From Vicugna vicugna (Eukaryota), in contig MU058687.1 of NCBI GenBank assembly GCA_013265495.1, forward strand, positions 2,916,001 to 2,980,000: a stretch of DNA of 64,000 bases, in the 5' to 3' direction. The notes under the pieces were generated by a model, which saw only the letters and a program-made list of their open reading frames with translations, was not told where the DNA came from and did no database searches. Both the position numbers and the translations under genes were made by a program. Below, in pieces: positions 24,789 to 39,700 of this stretch. Position 1 is the first letter of the stretch. Every line of letters starts with the position of its first letter.

Positions 24789-27700
24789 AGAGAGAGAGAG
24801 AGAAATGAGTCCACACATGCTCACTCACACGTCTGTGTATGTCCATGTGGTTTTCATGGGTACATAGGCCACACTTGTACTCACAACCTCTGCCCTTTCA
24901 CTGGTGGTCCTCTGCTCTGCATAACCACTAGGGCTGGTCATCAAACCTGCTTGCTCCCCTAGTAAATCACGCCCTTGGCCCAGAGGTGGGCAGCAGAGAA
25001 AGATTCTCCATTTTGGGGAGGGGTGGCCAGACTCTCAGCCCCACCCTTGTCCAGCAGCTCACCCCTCCCTGGGAACTTCCTGGTCCCTGCTGTCACCGTC
25101 TTGCTATTTCCCTTCATTGCTCTGCCCTATCCCTGGGCATCTATCCTGATTTTAGTTCTCTAGGGCGTAGCTGGGCGAATGTATCCCCCCAGAGCTGGAC
25201 ACTTCCTGACAGGATTCCCACTGTCAATCCACCCAACACAGGCAGGGAGGCTCAGAAGGTGGGCCTTATACCATAGGGAGCTAGGGACTTCTTTCTGTTC
25301 CGTGTTTACCTGCCCCTCATGGCTTCCTTTTGACAAATACCCCTTCCTCATTTCATGTGGTTCCAGAGAACTGACAACTAGGTGGCCTTGCCAGGTTCAC
25401 TGATGTGCTTGTGACCCAAATAGGGCCAATCAAGAGCTGCAAACTTTTCCAAGACTTTGCTAAACCCTCTGGGATTCCAGAAAGAAGCATGCACCAGGGT
25501 AACTTAACCAGCTGCCACATCTGGCAGCTTTTAGGGCCGTGGCCCCTGCCCACCTTATGCACATGGTTCCCAAGCTGACTCCCTCTCTTGGCCCTCCCAG
25601 CCCCTGGCCAAGGCCACCTTTTCCCATGACCTCGAAACTCAAGACAGCAAGACCCTGAAAGACAGGACCCTCAGATGCAGGAGAAGAAATCCAGCTCAAA
25701 CAAGCTTTATAGCAAAAGGGTAATATGTGGTTCGAGTGTGGAGAAATCCAAGAGAAGCAGCTGCTTCAGGTACAGCTGGATCTAGAAGTCCCACATTGCT
25801 ACCAGGACCCCTCTCTGGTCCTCTCTCTCCTGAGCGGGCTTTTTTTTCAGACAAGCTCCTTCATAAGGCATCAGACTTACCAAGCCACTCCAGGCTGCGT
25901 AGTGTTGACCAGGGTGCAAGAGCTCTCCAACACCTGTTTCAACCCCTTAAGAGAATTTTGATTGGCCCTACCTGGGTCATGCTCCTGTTGGTCCACTGAC
26001 CACTGGTGGCAGACAACTACTTGGACGGCCCACTGGGCCACAAGCCTGAAGGAGGGGCATTTCCCAGAAGGAAGGAGGAACAGATGGAAAGCAACTGACA
26101 TCCACCCCAGAGTCCCTTCTCTCCCTCCAGGCCAAGGCCCACACTCTAAGCCCCCATTTCCTGTAACGAATGCTTGATTTCTGAAAAGACATCTCGCTTA
26201 GCACCAATTCCAGTCCAGCCCTCTTCCAAGACCCAGGCTCTTTCTCTCGTCTCTTGTGGGGAGGACAGGGCACTGGATTTTCTCACCCTTTCTCTCCTTT
26301 CCCCACAGGGCTTCTATTCCTGGTTCTTCAACACCATCACCATGAAGTAAGTGCCTGAGCTCATGACAGCCGTAAGTGGGGCCTTATTTAGGGAAGGGTG
26401 GGGGTGGGGTCTCCTGCTCTACGTGACTGGGCCCTGGGCCTGAGTTCTGTGCCCCACCTGCCATCCCCTACTCCCCGCTGCCCACCGCAGCCCAGCCCAG
26501 GCAAAGGACACTATCCAGGATTCCAGCTGGTAAAATGGGAACTGGACACTGCATGGCCTGCTTTCCCTCTGCCACAGTTCTCAGGAAAGGACTGCTTTCA
26601 CGTGCTTGTAAAAATGCTTTTATGAACTCCACACCAGGAAAAAGAAATCCTTCCCATGTGCTGTCTGCTTTATTTCTGTGAACGTGGTCCCTTAGATTTG
26701 CCAAGATGGAAAAAGCAAAAACCACTGGGCAGAAGGGCAGGCTTCCTCTCTCAGCCTCAGTGCCCTTTACCCAGCGCCTTCTGGACGTCTTTAGTGTCAG
26801 ACCCCACTTGGCAAGGAGACAGACTCCACGTCACCTGTTGTCTCCTGATTCCCTTGTACCAACCAGATGCCTCTGCAGAGCACTTATCGAGTTCCATGCC
26901 TCCACTGCATGTGTGTACCCATGTGCACACGTGCGTACACGCCTACACACGTGCCCACAGCTCTGCCTTCACCTTGGAGCCCTGTACGTTTGCGGGCTCT
27001 CCCTAAATATCCCATCCCGCCTGCTCTGCCCATCCTTCAAACTGCCTCCAGGGTCTATACCTTCTGGTGATGCCTGCCTTAGGGGCGGCCTCACTGCCCC
27101 GCAGAGGCTGCCTGCACCCAGGACTTGACAGGACCTGCTCACTTGCTTCTTTGCAAAAGCGCATAGGGCTTCATCCTTCATATGCCTCCACACCCATCAT
27201 TCAAGGGCTTCACTGGGAGCATTCATACATTGTCCCAAGACCCCATCCCACCTTCGTGAGCCACACCAAGACACCTCTCTTTCCCCAGACCTGCTGAAGG
27301 GCCTGGGACCCTGTGGGGCACAGAGCACCACGACTGGACTTTGGGAATCCAGAGCAGGGCTTGGGACTGGCAGCCTCTGGTGCTTGAGCCCCAACCCACT
27401 GATGGAGGACTCCCCATGGCCTTGGCCTCCAGTCTTCCTTCATCATTCACCAGAGTCCCCGGAAGTGATACAGCTAGTTTGTGTGTGGTTTGGGAATCAG
27501 CCACACATGGGGGGAACAGAGGAGAGACTTTTATTTCTTGGCATCTTCTTTGGTTTTGCTTTGCTTTGTTAATGCTTAAAACATGCACAAGCTTGCATAA
27601 ATACATTTTCATTAAGAGAACCATAAAAGTTCATCTCCAGTCTCTCACACCCCTCTTCATCACCCCCCTCCCCCGGAAGCAATTCTTGTCATCGGTTTCA

Positions 27701-30700
27701 AGGGAATTTTGTTTTTTCCTTTTGACAAGCATTTGCTATTTTTGCATTTTAAAAATAACCAATAACATGTATGAATATTTGGAGCTTGTGACCCTGGGAG
27801 GCTGCACATGCTAACTGTAGGTTCCAGAGTTTAGCAAATTCATCAGTGATGGGCAGGGGTGTGATGGCAAATTAGCCAGCCCTTTGCATGAGAAAGAGGG
27901 CAGAAAAGCTGGGATGAGTGGGCCTGCCTGAGCTGGGCACATCCTCAGATCTGGTAGAAAACTGCCCTTAGGATAGTTTGAGGCTGACTTTCTGGATCTT
28001 CTCCACTGTCTGCTGATACATCAATGGATATAGACAGGGCAGGAAAGAAAGTGTTTATGTTGCAGGGGACTAGGGTACATGCAAAACATAACAAAACTTC
28101 ATGTGGTAGGTGTCTCTGTGGTGTGTGTGCCTGTGAGTACAAAATGAAAGGTCCAGTTCTCTGCATTGGTGCAAATCTGTGTGCAGCTGTTCATGTGTGC
28201 ATACCTGGCCCTGCAGGTCAGTAGGAGGTCAGTGTGCACAGCTGTGTGTCTGTGTGAGAGTCCTCGTCCCCCCACCGGTACCCCACCCAAAGGACCCTCC
28301 ACTGGGGACGCATCATCTGAGAAGGGTGTTGACTGTGCATTGTGCACCCTTTGAAAACAGTGTCTAGGAGATAGCCTAATGCATTTACTGAGTGGCAGCG
28401 TGGAAGCCAGAATCCCAGTGCACAAAGCCCACACAGTCTAGTTGGAAAAGCAAAGGTTACCAAGACACACTACACATAATTCATAATAGAGAGAGCATAA
28501 CCACTGTGCAAAGGGCCTTTGGGAGAACGAGAAATTAATTCCAATTAAGGGGTTCAGAAGAAGTGTAGTTTCAGACGAGGCCTTGAAGAATGGGAAGAAT
28601 TTCGACCATTGTGATGCAGGGGGTCCAGCAGAAATTAAAGACTGCGTGAGCCAATACTGGGGGCAGAGATGGGCAGGGAGTATCCAGAAATGGTAAATCT
28701 TCTGGTACGGCTAGAAGCAAGAGTACCTAGCGAAAGAGGGGATAAAAGATTGGGCTGGAAGGATCAGCAGGGATCTTGACTACCATACTGAGAATCTTGG
28801 CTTTTGATCTAGAGGCAGCAGAGAGCCAATTACTGCTTTTGAGCAGGAAGCTTTGGATGATGTCTGCTTGTAGGCAGGAGTATGGAGCGGGGGTGGATGG
28901 CAGTTGGAAGAGTCCAAGGGCAATGTGAGCAGCTAGAAGACTCTTCCAGTGTCCAGGTGAGAGGTGGTGGTGACCAGGGAAACAGTGGGGAGGAGACACG
29001 GGGAGGGAGATTATTGGTCACAGTCAGTGAGTTTCCACCTGGCTTCCACCTCGTTAGGAAAGAGGAAGAGAACGAGGTCTGGTTTCTGGGGAGGGTAGTA
29101 ATACCACTAATTGGGAGCTGAGATGTGTCGAGTTGCAAAATTGATGAGATGGGGCCAGGGCAAACATGTGAGTTGACCAGCAAGCTACTGAAAAACAGGA
29201 TTAAACGTAGGGGAATGGTCAGAGGTGGAGATTTAGACTTGGGATATGGGTACACAGAGGTCGTAGTTAGTCATGGAAGCAGATATGTCACCCAGAAGAG
29301 GGCAAAATCAAAAAAGGCCCAAGGGAGAGAGTGGTTGGGGCAGGTGGAAGAGGCAACAACCTGTAGGGCACTGGCTCACTGAAGCCAGGCAGGCACAAGT
29401 TTCCGGACAGGATGCAGCCAGCAGCCTCCAACCCACTGAGGTTGAGTAGAATGAGAGCTGAGGAGATGTCATCAACTTTGGGGATTTGGGTCTCCATTGG
29501 GTGGGCAGTTCCAGGATAAGGAGATGTCCAAGAAGTAGAGGCAGAGAAAGGAAGCCACCTTTTTCAGGAAGTGAGTGGGAGCCACGAAGTAAAGATACTG
29601 GATGGAGCTTGAGGGAAAACCAGTGAAGGAACAGATGCTTGAGGAGTCTCTTGGGCTTGTTTCAAGAGTAACAAATGAGCATTTGAACCTGGCTGTAGTT
29701 TAAAGGGAAGTGTGGGTGGCTGTAGAGAGAGGTGGATGTTAATTTAAAGATAAGAGAGAGGGACGACAAATACAGCAAGTCTCCAGAAAGAGGTAGAGGA
29801 GAAGAAGAGATTAGAGCGGAGATGAGAATTAACTGTGAGGAGGAGATAGGGTGATGCCTGGAACGTCACGGGGGCAGCACTTTAGAGTGGTGCAAAAAGG
29901 ACAGAATTGAGTAGAGGAATATAGACAGACTCAAAAACTCAGGCTTGCCTTGGAACTGTAAGACCGGCTGCTGAACATAACCTGGGCTTCAGGAGCAGCT
30001 GGAACAAGGGGTGCAGTGGGGGGAGCAGGAATTACCAGCCCAGAAAGGAAATTCTTGTGTTCTCTGTCCCATGTAGCCCTCTGCTTGCTCCACCAGACCA
30101 AAGGCTCTCACCTGGGCTCAGGCACACCATTTCTGTCAAGTGAGCAGATCTGGGCACCCTAAGCCTGCAGCAGAACACTCCCCTATTCTTCCTTCTCACC
30201 AGTTCTCATCCATCCCATTCTTAGGATTTAATTCTCAAGTCCAGAGCAGGAAGTATTTTAACTGCTTGAAGCTAAAAAAATAAAATAAAATAAAAATAAT
30301 AAAGATAAAAATCAAGAGCTCTAAATAATTCCCTAAATGGTGATCGTGAAAGCCTTAAAGATAGGGTCTTTATAGTATTGTTGAAAAATAAATCTGAATC
30401 CTGGACTGGATGCTAGAAGTTGCATATAACCTTCACATCTGATCAGAGCCCAAGGGTGAGTAAACTATGGCATGTCCACCAATGGAGGGGGGTGCACAGC
30501 TTGGTGCTGGGTGTGAACCAATTATCCACAAACAGAGGCCACTATTATTATTATTATTATCAATGGTGGTAAAATAATCACCATTATTATTGCATAGCTG
30601 TGAAAACATTTAGACAAAAAGGTAAAACGATCCCAAGAGTTTTAAGATTAAATGCCAAGCAAAAGAGCAATACATCAACTGCTGTTTATATTACAGTCAC

Positions 30701-33700
30701 TAAATTAAACCAGCACTACAGTAAGAAACTAAAGGAAATTGACCAAAATAGCCATTGTCTTAGGTTTGATGAGACTGTAGGTGAATGATTTTCTTCTTTT
30801 GTATTTTCCAGAGTTTCTATAATAAGCATATGTTGCTTTTAATTTTTTTAATTGAAGTATAACACACATACAGAAAAGTGCACAAAAAATAATTGTCACA
30901 ATAGTACATAATCACAAAGCAAAGCCTAGACAACCACCATCCTGATAAAAAATTAGAACATTGCCAAGGCCCCAGAAGCCCTCCTCCTGCTCCGTCCCAG
31001 TCCCCTATTACCTGCCCCCTCTCCAAAGGTAACCAGTATCCTGACTTAAAACTCTACAGTTCAATAATGCCTATTTTTGAACTTTGTGTGTAAAATCATA
31101 TGGTATGTGTTGTCTGTGCCTAGCATCTCTCACCCAGCGTTGTGTTTGTGAGGTTCACTTATGGTCATCCATTTTTATCCCTCTCTATAGTATTTCATTG
31201 CATATATAATGTGATCTATATCTCACTATATACATACTTTTTTTTTTAACTACATATGTATCTCAATTCTTGTGTCCATTTCACCTTTGATAGACATTTA
31301 GGTTGTTTCCAGTTTGGGCAGTTACAAATAATGCATCTATACATGTCTCTCCATGCTCATGTGCACGTATTTTGCTGAGTATAAACCTAGGAGTGGAAGT
31401 GCTAGGCCATAGGGTGTGCTTACATTCAATTTGTAGAGATAATGCCAACTGTTATCCAAAGTGGCTGTGCCAGAGTGTGTACCCATGAGTGTGTGAGAGC
31501 TCCCCGCATCCCACGCCCTCACTAACACTTTATCACCAACATGTTCCTCACTGACTTTCTAGCTTTGGCCAGTCTGGCAGTGTGGAGTGATATCTCATTG
31601 TGGTTTTAAGTATTCCTTTTTAATTTAAGGAACAACTTTTCGAAAAATAGAATGAACCTTGATATCACTAATGGTTTGACCAGTGTCTGCACCATAGTAA
31701 ACATCAAAATGTTTGAAGAAGCAATAAAAGATGAAATAAATGTATGATTTAAGAGTGCTCCTGAATTTCCAAAGGCATATCTATAGCAGAGCTTCTATCT
31801 TTGATATGCCCGTGAAATTCAGTGGAACACATTTTAGGCATAACAGAAGTTTTGAGAAAGGTGACATTTCTAAAAATAAAACTCAAGGCAGTGTGGTAAT
31901 CTCCTCTCCCTTTCTTCTTATCTCCCTCCAATTTGAGTTGTGGCCATACTGGCTCCTGAGCAATGTCCTTGTCCCTGTGTCTCTTCCAGGAATGAAGATC
32001 TGATTAGCAAGTGTGGAGACGATGCCCGTATCTACATCATGTTCCAGTATCATCTCATCATCTTTGTGCTCATCCTCTGCATCCCCTCCTTGGGCATCAT
32101 TTTGCCCATCAACTACACTGGAGACGTTCTGGGTAGGCAGAGCTCAGCGGGCCCTTTGCCTGGCCCACTAGACCTAAGACACAGCCTGGTAGATGAGACG
32201 GAGCTCAGATCTTGGGCATCTAGAAATCTAAATTTGAATTCCACTTCTCAAAATTAGTTATGTGACCTTAGGCAACCTGTGCTTCAGTTCTCTCACGTGG
32301 AGACCAGAGATGATATCTCCTTTGATACAAATTTGGCCCAGGGCCTGGCACATAGAAGGCACATAGTAGTAATTCAGTCTGAAACTGAATGTTTATTTGT
32401 GACCCAACACTGCACCTAGCCAGGTGTTCATGGAAGCCTTTTTTATGACATGTGACCCACTGCAAGGATCCCTGGATCTGACCTCTCTGTACCCCTCTGA
32501 TGGACGTAGCACCTAAGTGCAGAATTGCTCGTAGAGAGTCTATCCACACTTCCTATAATGGGGTAAATTTTGACAAAATAATATGGTGGGTAAGGACTTG
32601 GCCTTCAAAGACAGAAAAGTATTGGTTCCCCAACTTTTATCCACATCTGCTTCCCAGAAAATTATTTACTTATTATTATCTTACACAGTGTCTTCAGGCC
32701 TCGGTTTCCTCACCCGTCATAGGGATTGGGAGATAATGCATGTCAAGGGCTTGGCACAGTGCCAAGTGGGTTCTCAGTGAATAACAGCCAGTATTTCATT
32801 AGGAGCTATGAAAACAGAGCTGTATTAAAGCCATACAACTAGGTGGCGTAGGATAGCACCTTAAATGGCAGCCAGTCGTACCCTGACTGCTCAGGTTTCT
32901 ACCTGTTTCTCCTTGGCCAGAGGTACACCTCAGTTAACTCAAGGTAGCACCCAGTGCTCGTGCTACCAAACACCACTACCAGGGTAAATAACTTCTGAGT
33001 CTTGTCTTCCCAGGTTCTCATCCTATGAGCTGGTGTCTTGGCAATGATAGTATGATGCAGGCTCTATGAACACATTTCATAGAACTTGGAGCTGTCTCAC
33101 CAACAAATATACCTAGCCAGAAGGATTTACTCTATCAGAATGAGGCATCAACACATTTTTGGGAGTTCTGGGTTCTTATGACTGTTGCCAGTGGTAACAG
33201 CATTGCTGATTTCATCATTCCACCCCTGGTGTGGCTGCCAGTTTCCTTCAACAAGCATTTACCAATGGCGGTTATGTGCCAGTTGTGCGCTGAGGATGCC
33301 ACACCAAGACTCGATCTCACTTCACAGCCGAGGACCCCCAGTCAGCAGTCCCAGGGAAGAGAGGAGGCCTTTGCTGGGGTTTTGGGGAAGTTGGGGACCA
33401 TCTCTGGGGAACTAGAACAGGACGTAGGCAAGCATCTCTAGACCTCAGGCATTCACTCAGGAACCCAGAAGTCTGGCATCCAACCAGTCAAGGAGCCAGG
33501 TTTGAGGTCAGCAACTTTCTTCTCTTTCAGACCAGAACAGTCACTTTGGTCGGACCACCATTGTCAATGTCTCCACAGAGTAGGTACCTGATCCTCTTAC
33601 CTCCCATTCTACTGGCTGGGTGGGGGATGGGAGGAGGGGTGTTGGTGGGAAAAGCGGGTCCAATATGTGGGTCCAAAATAGGGGCACCACTTTGCTGATA

Positions 33701-36700
33701 AGAAAGGCCTGGTTTCCTTGGGAACTCAGGTCCCAAGTGGGATGCCAGAAGTTGCATTCTCTTGGTGAGGCAGCATTCTTGGTGCCTCAGTGTCCCCCAT
33801 CTCTGTAATGGGTGGAACTACCTAAACCAGTCACTCCTGGAGACTTACTTGGAAAGGTGGTCCTGTTTGCTTAGCATGTCCACCTCCCAACAAGCAGAAG
33901 CACTGTAGCAAGTAGAGGTTTAAGGTATTGCTTCCCTGCCCGCAAAATACTTCAGATCAACCTTCACGTAATTGAGCAAAACACAGACCTATTCCCACAG
34001 CAGCGAGCCTGAGGAACCACAGGAGCTGGGTTCATGTCCCGGCTCTGCCTTTAGTCGGCCCTGGGTCTGGGGCAACACACTCTCCCTCTCTGAGCTTTGT
34101 CCCTAGTCCATGGTCGGGGAGGAGATGTTGGACTTGATTGCTAAGCCCCCTCCAGCCCTCGTGGTCTGGGAACCCATGGATTTTAACATCAGCCAACCCA
34201 ATTCGTGGCCAGATCAACCTGCACTGAGCCAGATGTGGCCCTGCTGGCCTGCTCTGAGAAAACAGCCCCACTAGGTCTCCTGGCCAGGCTTGGCTGACTG
34301 CCTGACAAAGCTGAAGTGGCACTTCCAGCAGGTGTGAGTCGGGGTTTGCACACTCCTGCCCCACCTCCCCTTGCCCCACCCCTGATCCTCTGCCCCTGCA
34401 TCCCGGCAAACTCCAAATCCATCAAACCGAGAAATCAGCAGAATGGGGTCAGACATCCTCTCAGCTCCCTTTTCAACGCACTCCTCCCCGGGTGCCGCCA
34501 ACACCAGAGCAGAGCTCCAGCTTCTCCCAGGCCGGCCACTGGGATAAAGCATCTACAACTTCCCAACAAGGAGTGAATTTTAGTAGGGGAGCAAAGAGCC
34601 TTCAACATTCATAAAGACATACCGGCCAAGAGCCAGACTCTCCCTTAGGGACCATATCATCTTGCTCCCTCTGAGGAAACTGAGAAGAGAGGCATCTAGC
34701 GAGATGGAGAGTGTCAAGTGAAATGTCAGGCGCTGGGATGGTGGGGAGGAGATATTTTGAAGCAAGGCAGCCTTTCTCTCCTCAAGCTGCACCAAATAAG
34801 GTGGGCCCTATTTTTGAGCAGTCAACCTGGCCTGATGCCTTGGGACAACATCATGTGAGCAAAGTCCACGTGCCAGGACTCTTCCTACCCCTGGGGAAGG
34901 GGCCAAATCTGCTCGGCCCTCCTTCCTCCAGACCTGCATCTGTCCCTCGCCACAGAAGTTGGGCGGCCCCTCCACTTGGCGTCCTGGTCAGCTGGGGGCC
35001 CTGGGCTGCAGCCATTGGTAGCACGACATAGCAGTCCTACCTTGAGCGTAAGTGCTTCTGCAGCTCTGGGCTTACCTCCTGGCACTGCTGCAGCTGGGAG
35101 TGACCCCAGGCAGTCCCCCTGGCCCTCATTTCCCTCCAAGTAAAATGGAGATACTCACAGTACCACTCTCATGTGGTCTAAGAGTCCAGTGAGAAAACAT
35201 ACATAAAGCATCCTGCCCCACCCTGGGTCTGGCGCATGGTAAGCACTCAGTAAACGTTAGCCTTTATTAGCTGGGGTGAACAGCGCCTTCTCCATTCCCT
35301 TCCAAGGTGCCTGAGTGGAGGCACCGGAGGGCAGCCCTGGGAAGACTGGTGTGGGAGAGAATGATCTGAGGGAGACTGCGTGGGGTGGAAGGGGGAATCT
35401 CATGCCTCATATGACTTGCTCTTGGCAGGAGCAAGTTCCTGTGGCTGCACAGCTGCTTTGCTTTCCTCTACTTCGTCACCAACTTCTTCTTCATGGCTCA
35501 TCACTGCTTAGGGTTCGTGCCCAAGAAAAGCTACAAGGTGAGTAAGTGAAAAGAGCTACCAGAACAAGTCCCTCCCAGCTAGGGCCCCTCCCCAGCTGGG
35601 CCATCCCACTCCCAGCCTTCAGAGGCATCCCAGCTTGGCATGTTCTGCACACCTGTCGGGGGTGGTCTCACCTGAGCACGGTAAGTCTTTGCTTATCCCT
35701 GAGAATCATCCACTGGCACATCTGTCCGGGTTGCTAAACCACCGAAACACTTCCAAACCAGTCAGTAAGTAGCTGCTCCCAAGTGCCTCCTCCCCCTGCA
35801 CCCCTGCTGCCCTGGACCATCTCCAAGGACCCCTGGACCTCCCCACCATCCTAAAACTAAAATCTTAACTAACCCTGGGCCAGCAGGGGGCCTCCATCCT
35901 CAGTGGCCAGTGCACCCTGCTGAACCTCAAGACATTTTGACCACTTTGTCCATTCCTGCTGCACCCAAGCTCCTTGCCCTTCCACAATCTCCCTGAGGGC
36001 AGAGACCACATGTCTTAGCCCCGCATGCATCCCCACTGCCTTGGTTTGGGTCACCCCCATCCCACCTCTCAAGCAGACCCTGAGGCAAGAATTTGAGTAG
36101 TAGTTGCTTATTTTGGAGATGATCCCAGGAAAGACCACTAGGCAGGTGAGATCTTCTGGGAGGGAAGAACGCAGGTAAAATGGAGCAGTGAGAAGCAGTC
36201 TCTTCTGAGCAACCTTGCTTACATGGGGGAGCTCTGGGGCTCAGAGCAGAACATGCGCCCTAAAGTTTTCCTGCCCAGGGGGCAGCTGCCAGGGGTATTT
36301 TCTCACCAACTCCCTGCCCATCGCTGGTTAAGGAGGGCTGCACCGGGGGCTTTAACTCCCCACGCCTCTCTCTGCACGTGGGCTAAGCATGCTCCCAGGG
36401 CCAGAAAAAGCGCACAGGCAGTTGGGTATTTGAAGATACAAGCACCCTACTTGGCGTAGGCGGGCACCACAAGGGGAGGGGCCTGCAGGTTGTCCGGGCT
36501 CCAGCTGGAAAGAAACTGGGAGGACCAAGGTCTCTGCTCCCATCCTCAGCTTTTCAAAGGTTCAGTGATGGGATCAACTCCTTCTAGTCATCCATCCCAA
36601 ACGACTGGTTCACCTTACCCCACCCCATTATGCAAATGCACATACCTCTGAGAGGTTCCCCTCGAATGTTTCAGCTTGCCAGGCATGGAGGCTTGGCCAC

Positions 36701-39700
36701 CCCTGATCAGTCTGAACTTGGCTACTTCCGCTTTCCTTCTTGTCACCAGAAGCTTCTGCCCAGACTTCCTTCTCTTGAAACACAGTTTATCAGACTGTCA
36801 CCTCGAGGTGTTGGCTCAGGAAGACATTTCCCACTCACAGAATAAAATGTGAAGTTTTAGCTCCCAGAGTCTAGTTCATCTCCCAGCCCCTCACAGTTTG
36901 ATGTTAGGTATGGCTCCGGGGAGGTGGGACTTGACATGGGACACAGGAGTTGGAGGGAGACCAGAAATCAGTAAGAAAGTAAGAGCAGCCCTTGCCAGGC
37001 GTGGAGCTCTGGCCCGCCCCCGGCACTGTCCGCAGCCCCTGGCTCTTCCTCCCTTGGCCACAGCCATCCATGGCAAGGGGCCTATGGGGGGCACAGAGAA
37101 TAGCAGAGGTGTAGCTTGCCTGCCTGCAGCTTCCCATGGTCTGCTGACCTCAGGGGCACAGGCTGGGGAAGCTGGCACCTGGATTACGTAGCAAGGAGGC
37201 AGTCTGATGTGCATAGAAGGCTACTGCAGATGGTTCTGGGCCAGCCAGAGACCCAGACCCCAGGAGTCCTGTGTGGGCACAGTCTTCTTTCTCCATTTAC
37301 CTTCCCCACCTAGGTCACAAGGACACTAATGATCACCTATGTCCCCACGGACATCCAAGACCCAGAAATCATCATTAAGCATTTTCAGTAAGTGGGTTGG
37401 GTGGGCTGAGGCAGGGATTGCCTCCTCCTCGTAATCCTGCCTGTGTCCTCATGTGGGTAGCGAGTTGGCACAGGATGGTGGGGTGGGGAGAGAGACACCC
37501 CAGGTTGTGGCTCACCCCCGGATGCAGCGCAGCATCAGCCTTTCAGAATGGGCGAGGCCCTGGGGCCAGAGCAGGGTTCCTGAAGTCAGGGCTTTCCCAC
37601 CTGGCATGGGTGTGAAGGGAGGATGCTGGTTTTCCTTTCCCTTGCAGTGCCAACTGTGGAGCCCAGGGAGCTCCCAGGCCACAGTTATCTAGAGCAGATC
37701 ACCTTGAGGCATCTTTTGTGACCCAGGTTCCTAGCCCCAGGACCTAATTATCTCCCCATGAGCAGCAATTTCCAGCTGTGCTCCCTGACCCTGTTCTGTG
37801 TCATCTGGGAAGGATGTGGCAGATCTCAGATTACCAGGGATCAACCCTGACATCTGACCTCAGGAGCAAGGGATGGATTCTACCATCCAAGAACCAGGAA
37901 CCACAGGCAGCTGAGCCTCCCAGCCCCGAGGGCTGTAGCGGTGGGGGTCAAGGGGAGTCCCCAGCCCCACAGGCTGGCTCAACATCCATGTTTGTGGCTT
38001 CAGTGAGGCCTATCCAGGGTGTGTAGTGACCAGAGTCCACTTCTGCTATGACGTCAGGACCCTGATTGACTTGGATGATCAGAGGTGAGGCTACAGTGGG
38101 ATCTGTGTGGACCTGAGGTTGGGGGAGGAGGGGAGGTTGTGGCTCTGCTGGCCCTTGACCACAAGATCTTCCCCTGCTGCCCATTGGCTGACAGGCGCCA
38201 TGCGATGCGGGGCCGGCTCTATTACACTGCCAAGGCCAAGAAGAAGGGGAAGGTGATGATCAAGGTCCACCCTTGCTCTCGTCTGTGCTTCTGCAAGTGC
38301 TGGGCTTGCTTCAAAGAGGTAAGTGGCCGGGGCTTTGGGGGACACAGCAGAAGGGCTGGGGCACTGGGTGTCCAGGCTCTGTCCAGGGATCTGGGCAGTG
38401 CCCCTCACCTGCATCCTTGGGCCCTAGGCCCCATTCAGCTCTGCTTGTGCTGTGGCACCTAACTCCTCCTTTCCTGTCCACCATGTCCTGCCTCCCTGTT
38501 AAGAAGGCAGGGGAGCTGTCAAAGCCTTTCTTGGGGCCACCTCCAGAGTGGTCCTGGGAGGCTTGCTCTTGCCTCCTTCTGGTCTTGAATGGGAGGACCA
38601 GGAAGAACACAGCAGGCTGCTGTAGGCTGCCAGGCTTCAGGCTTTCAAAGAGCTGGGGCGGGACTATCTGAAGGCAGTGGGCTCAATCTTATCACCCAAT
38701 CACTGTAGCTAGAGGAAGGCCTCAGGGCAGGACTGAACTCTAGCCAGTCCAGAAAAAGAATAACCCCTGTTCCTGAAAATGCTGCAGACACATTCTATCA
38801 CTCCTCTTGAGTCCACCCCAAGTCCAAAAGCATCCCCTGACCCAGCTCTGCCTCACTTTGCCCAGCTCTAAGAGCAGGGAGCTAATTTCAGAGTCACAGC
38901 CTCTTCCTGTTTTAGAGCTGGGATCTTGGAGCCCAGTTGGGGTCCTGAGCCTTTTGAGAGGCTTCAACGGGAGCCAGGGTTGGAACCAAGGCCTCGGGCC
39001 TGGCGCCTGAGTGGAGAGAGGCCTCACGTCCAGGCGAGCTTCCTGGGACTCTGCCGCTCCAGCTCTGAGGGCCACATCTCACCCCAGGTAGATGCAGAGC
39101 AATATTACAGTGAGCTGGAGGAGCAGCTGACTGATGAGTTCAACGCTGAGCTAAACCGTGTTCGGCTGAAGCGTCTGGACCTGATCTTTGTCACCTTCCA
39201 GGACTCCAGGATGACGAATCAGTGAGTGCCGGGGCCACCTGCCTTCTGTGCCCAGCCCAGCCCCAAGAGTGGGCCTCTGCTTCTCTGAAACCACTCTTCT
39301 TTCACTCCCATTCCAGCCAAGGGTTGGAGGAAAGAAAGCCTCCCTCTGGTTTGCCATATTCTGTCTTCCCCTTGACCCCTCCATGCTCCTCACGAGCATG
39401 GCAGCTGCCATCTTGCTTCCCAGAGCATGGCCCCATCTGTCTTCCCCCAGCTGCCGGGCTCAACTTGTCTCCAGAGATGCCCAGGCCCGGGCTTCTCACT
39501 CCCATATGTCCTTCCTTCAGCACAGAAATGGTCAGAGTAGCCACTGACTTCTTGGTTCCTCTTCTAGGCCTTAACAAGAATGATACCTATTGTCTCCGTC
39601 ACTATACATCACTCCTCTCCTCACCCCGAGTGAGAGTCAGGGTAGAGAAGCCTTGCTTGTCATTTCTATTCTCCTGCTGCAAGCCTCCCCTAATTCATAG

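Noticed and set aside
38049..38056. Second TGACGTCA (CRE) palindrome
   Set aside because: It lies inside coding exon 9 and is explained by the Y-D-V-R codons.
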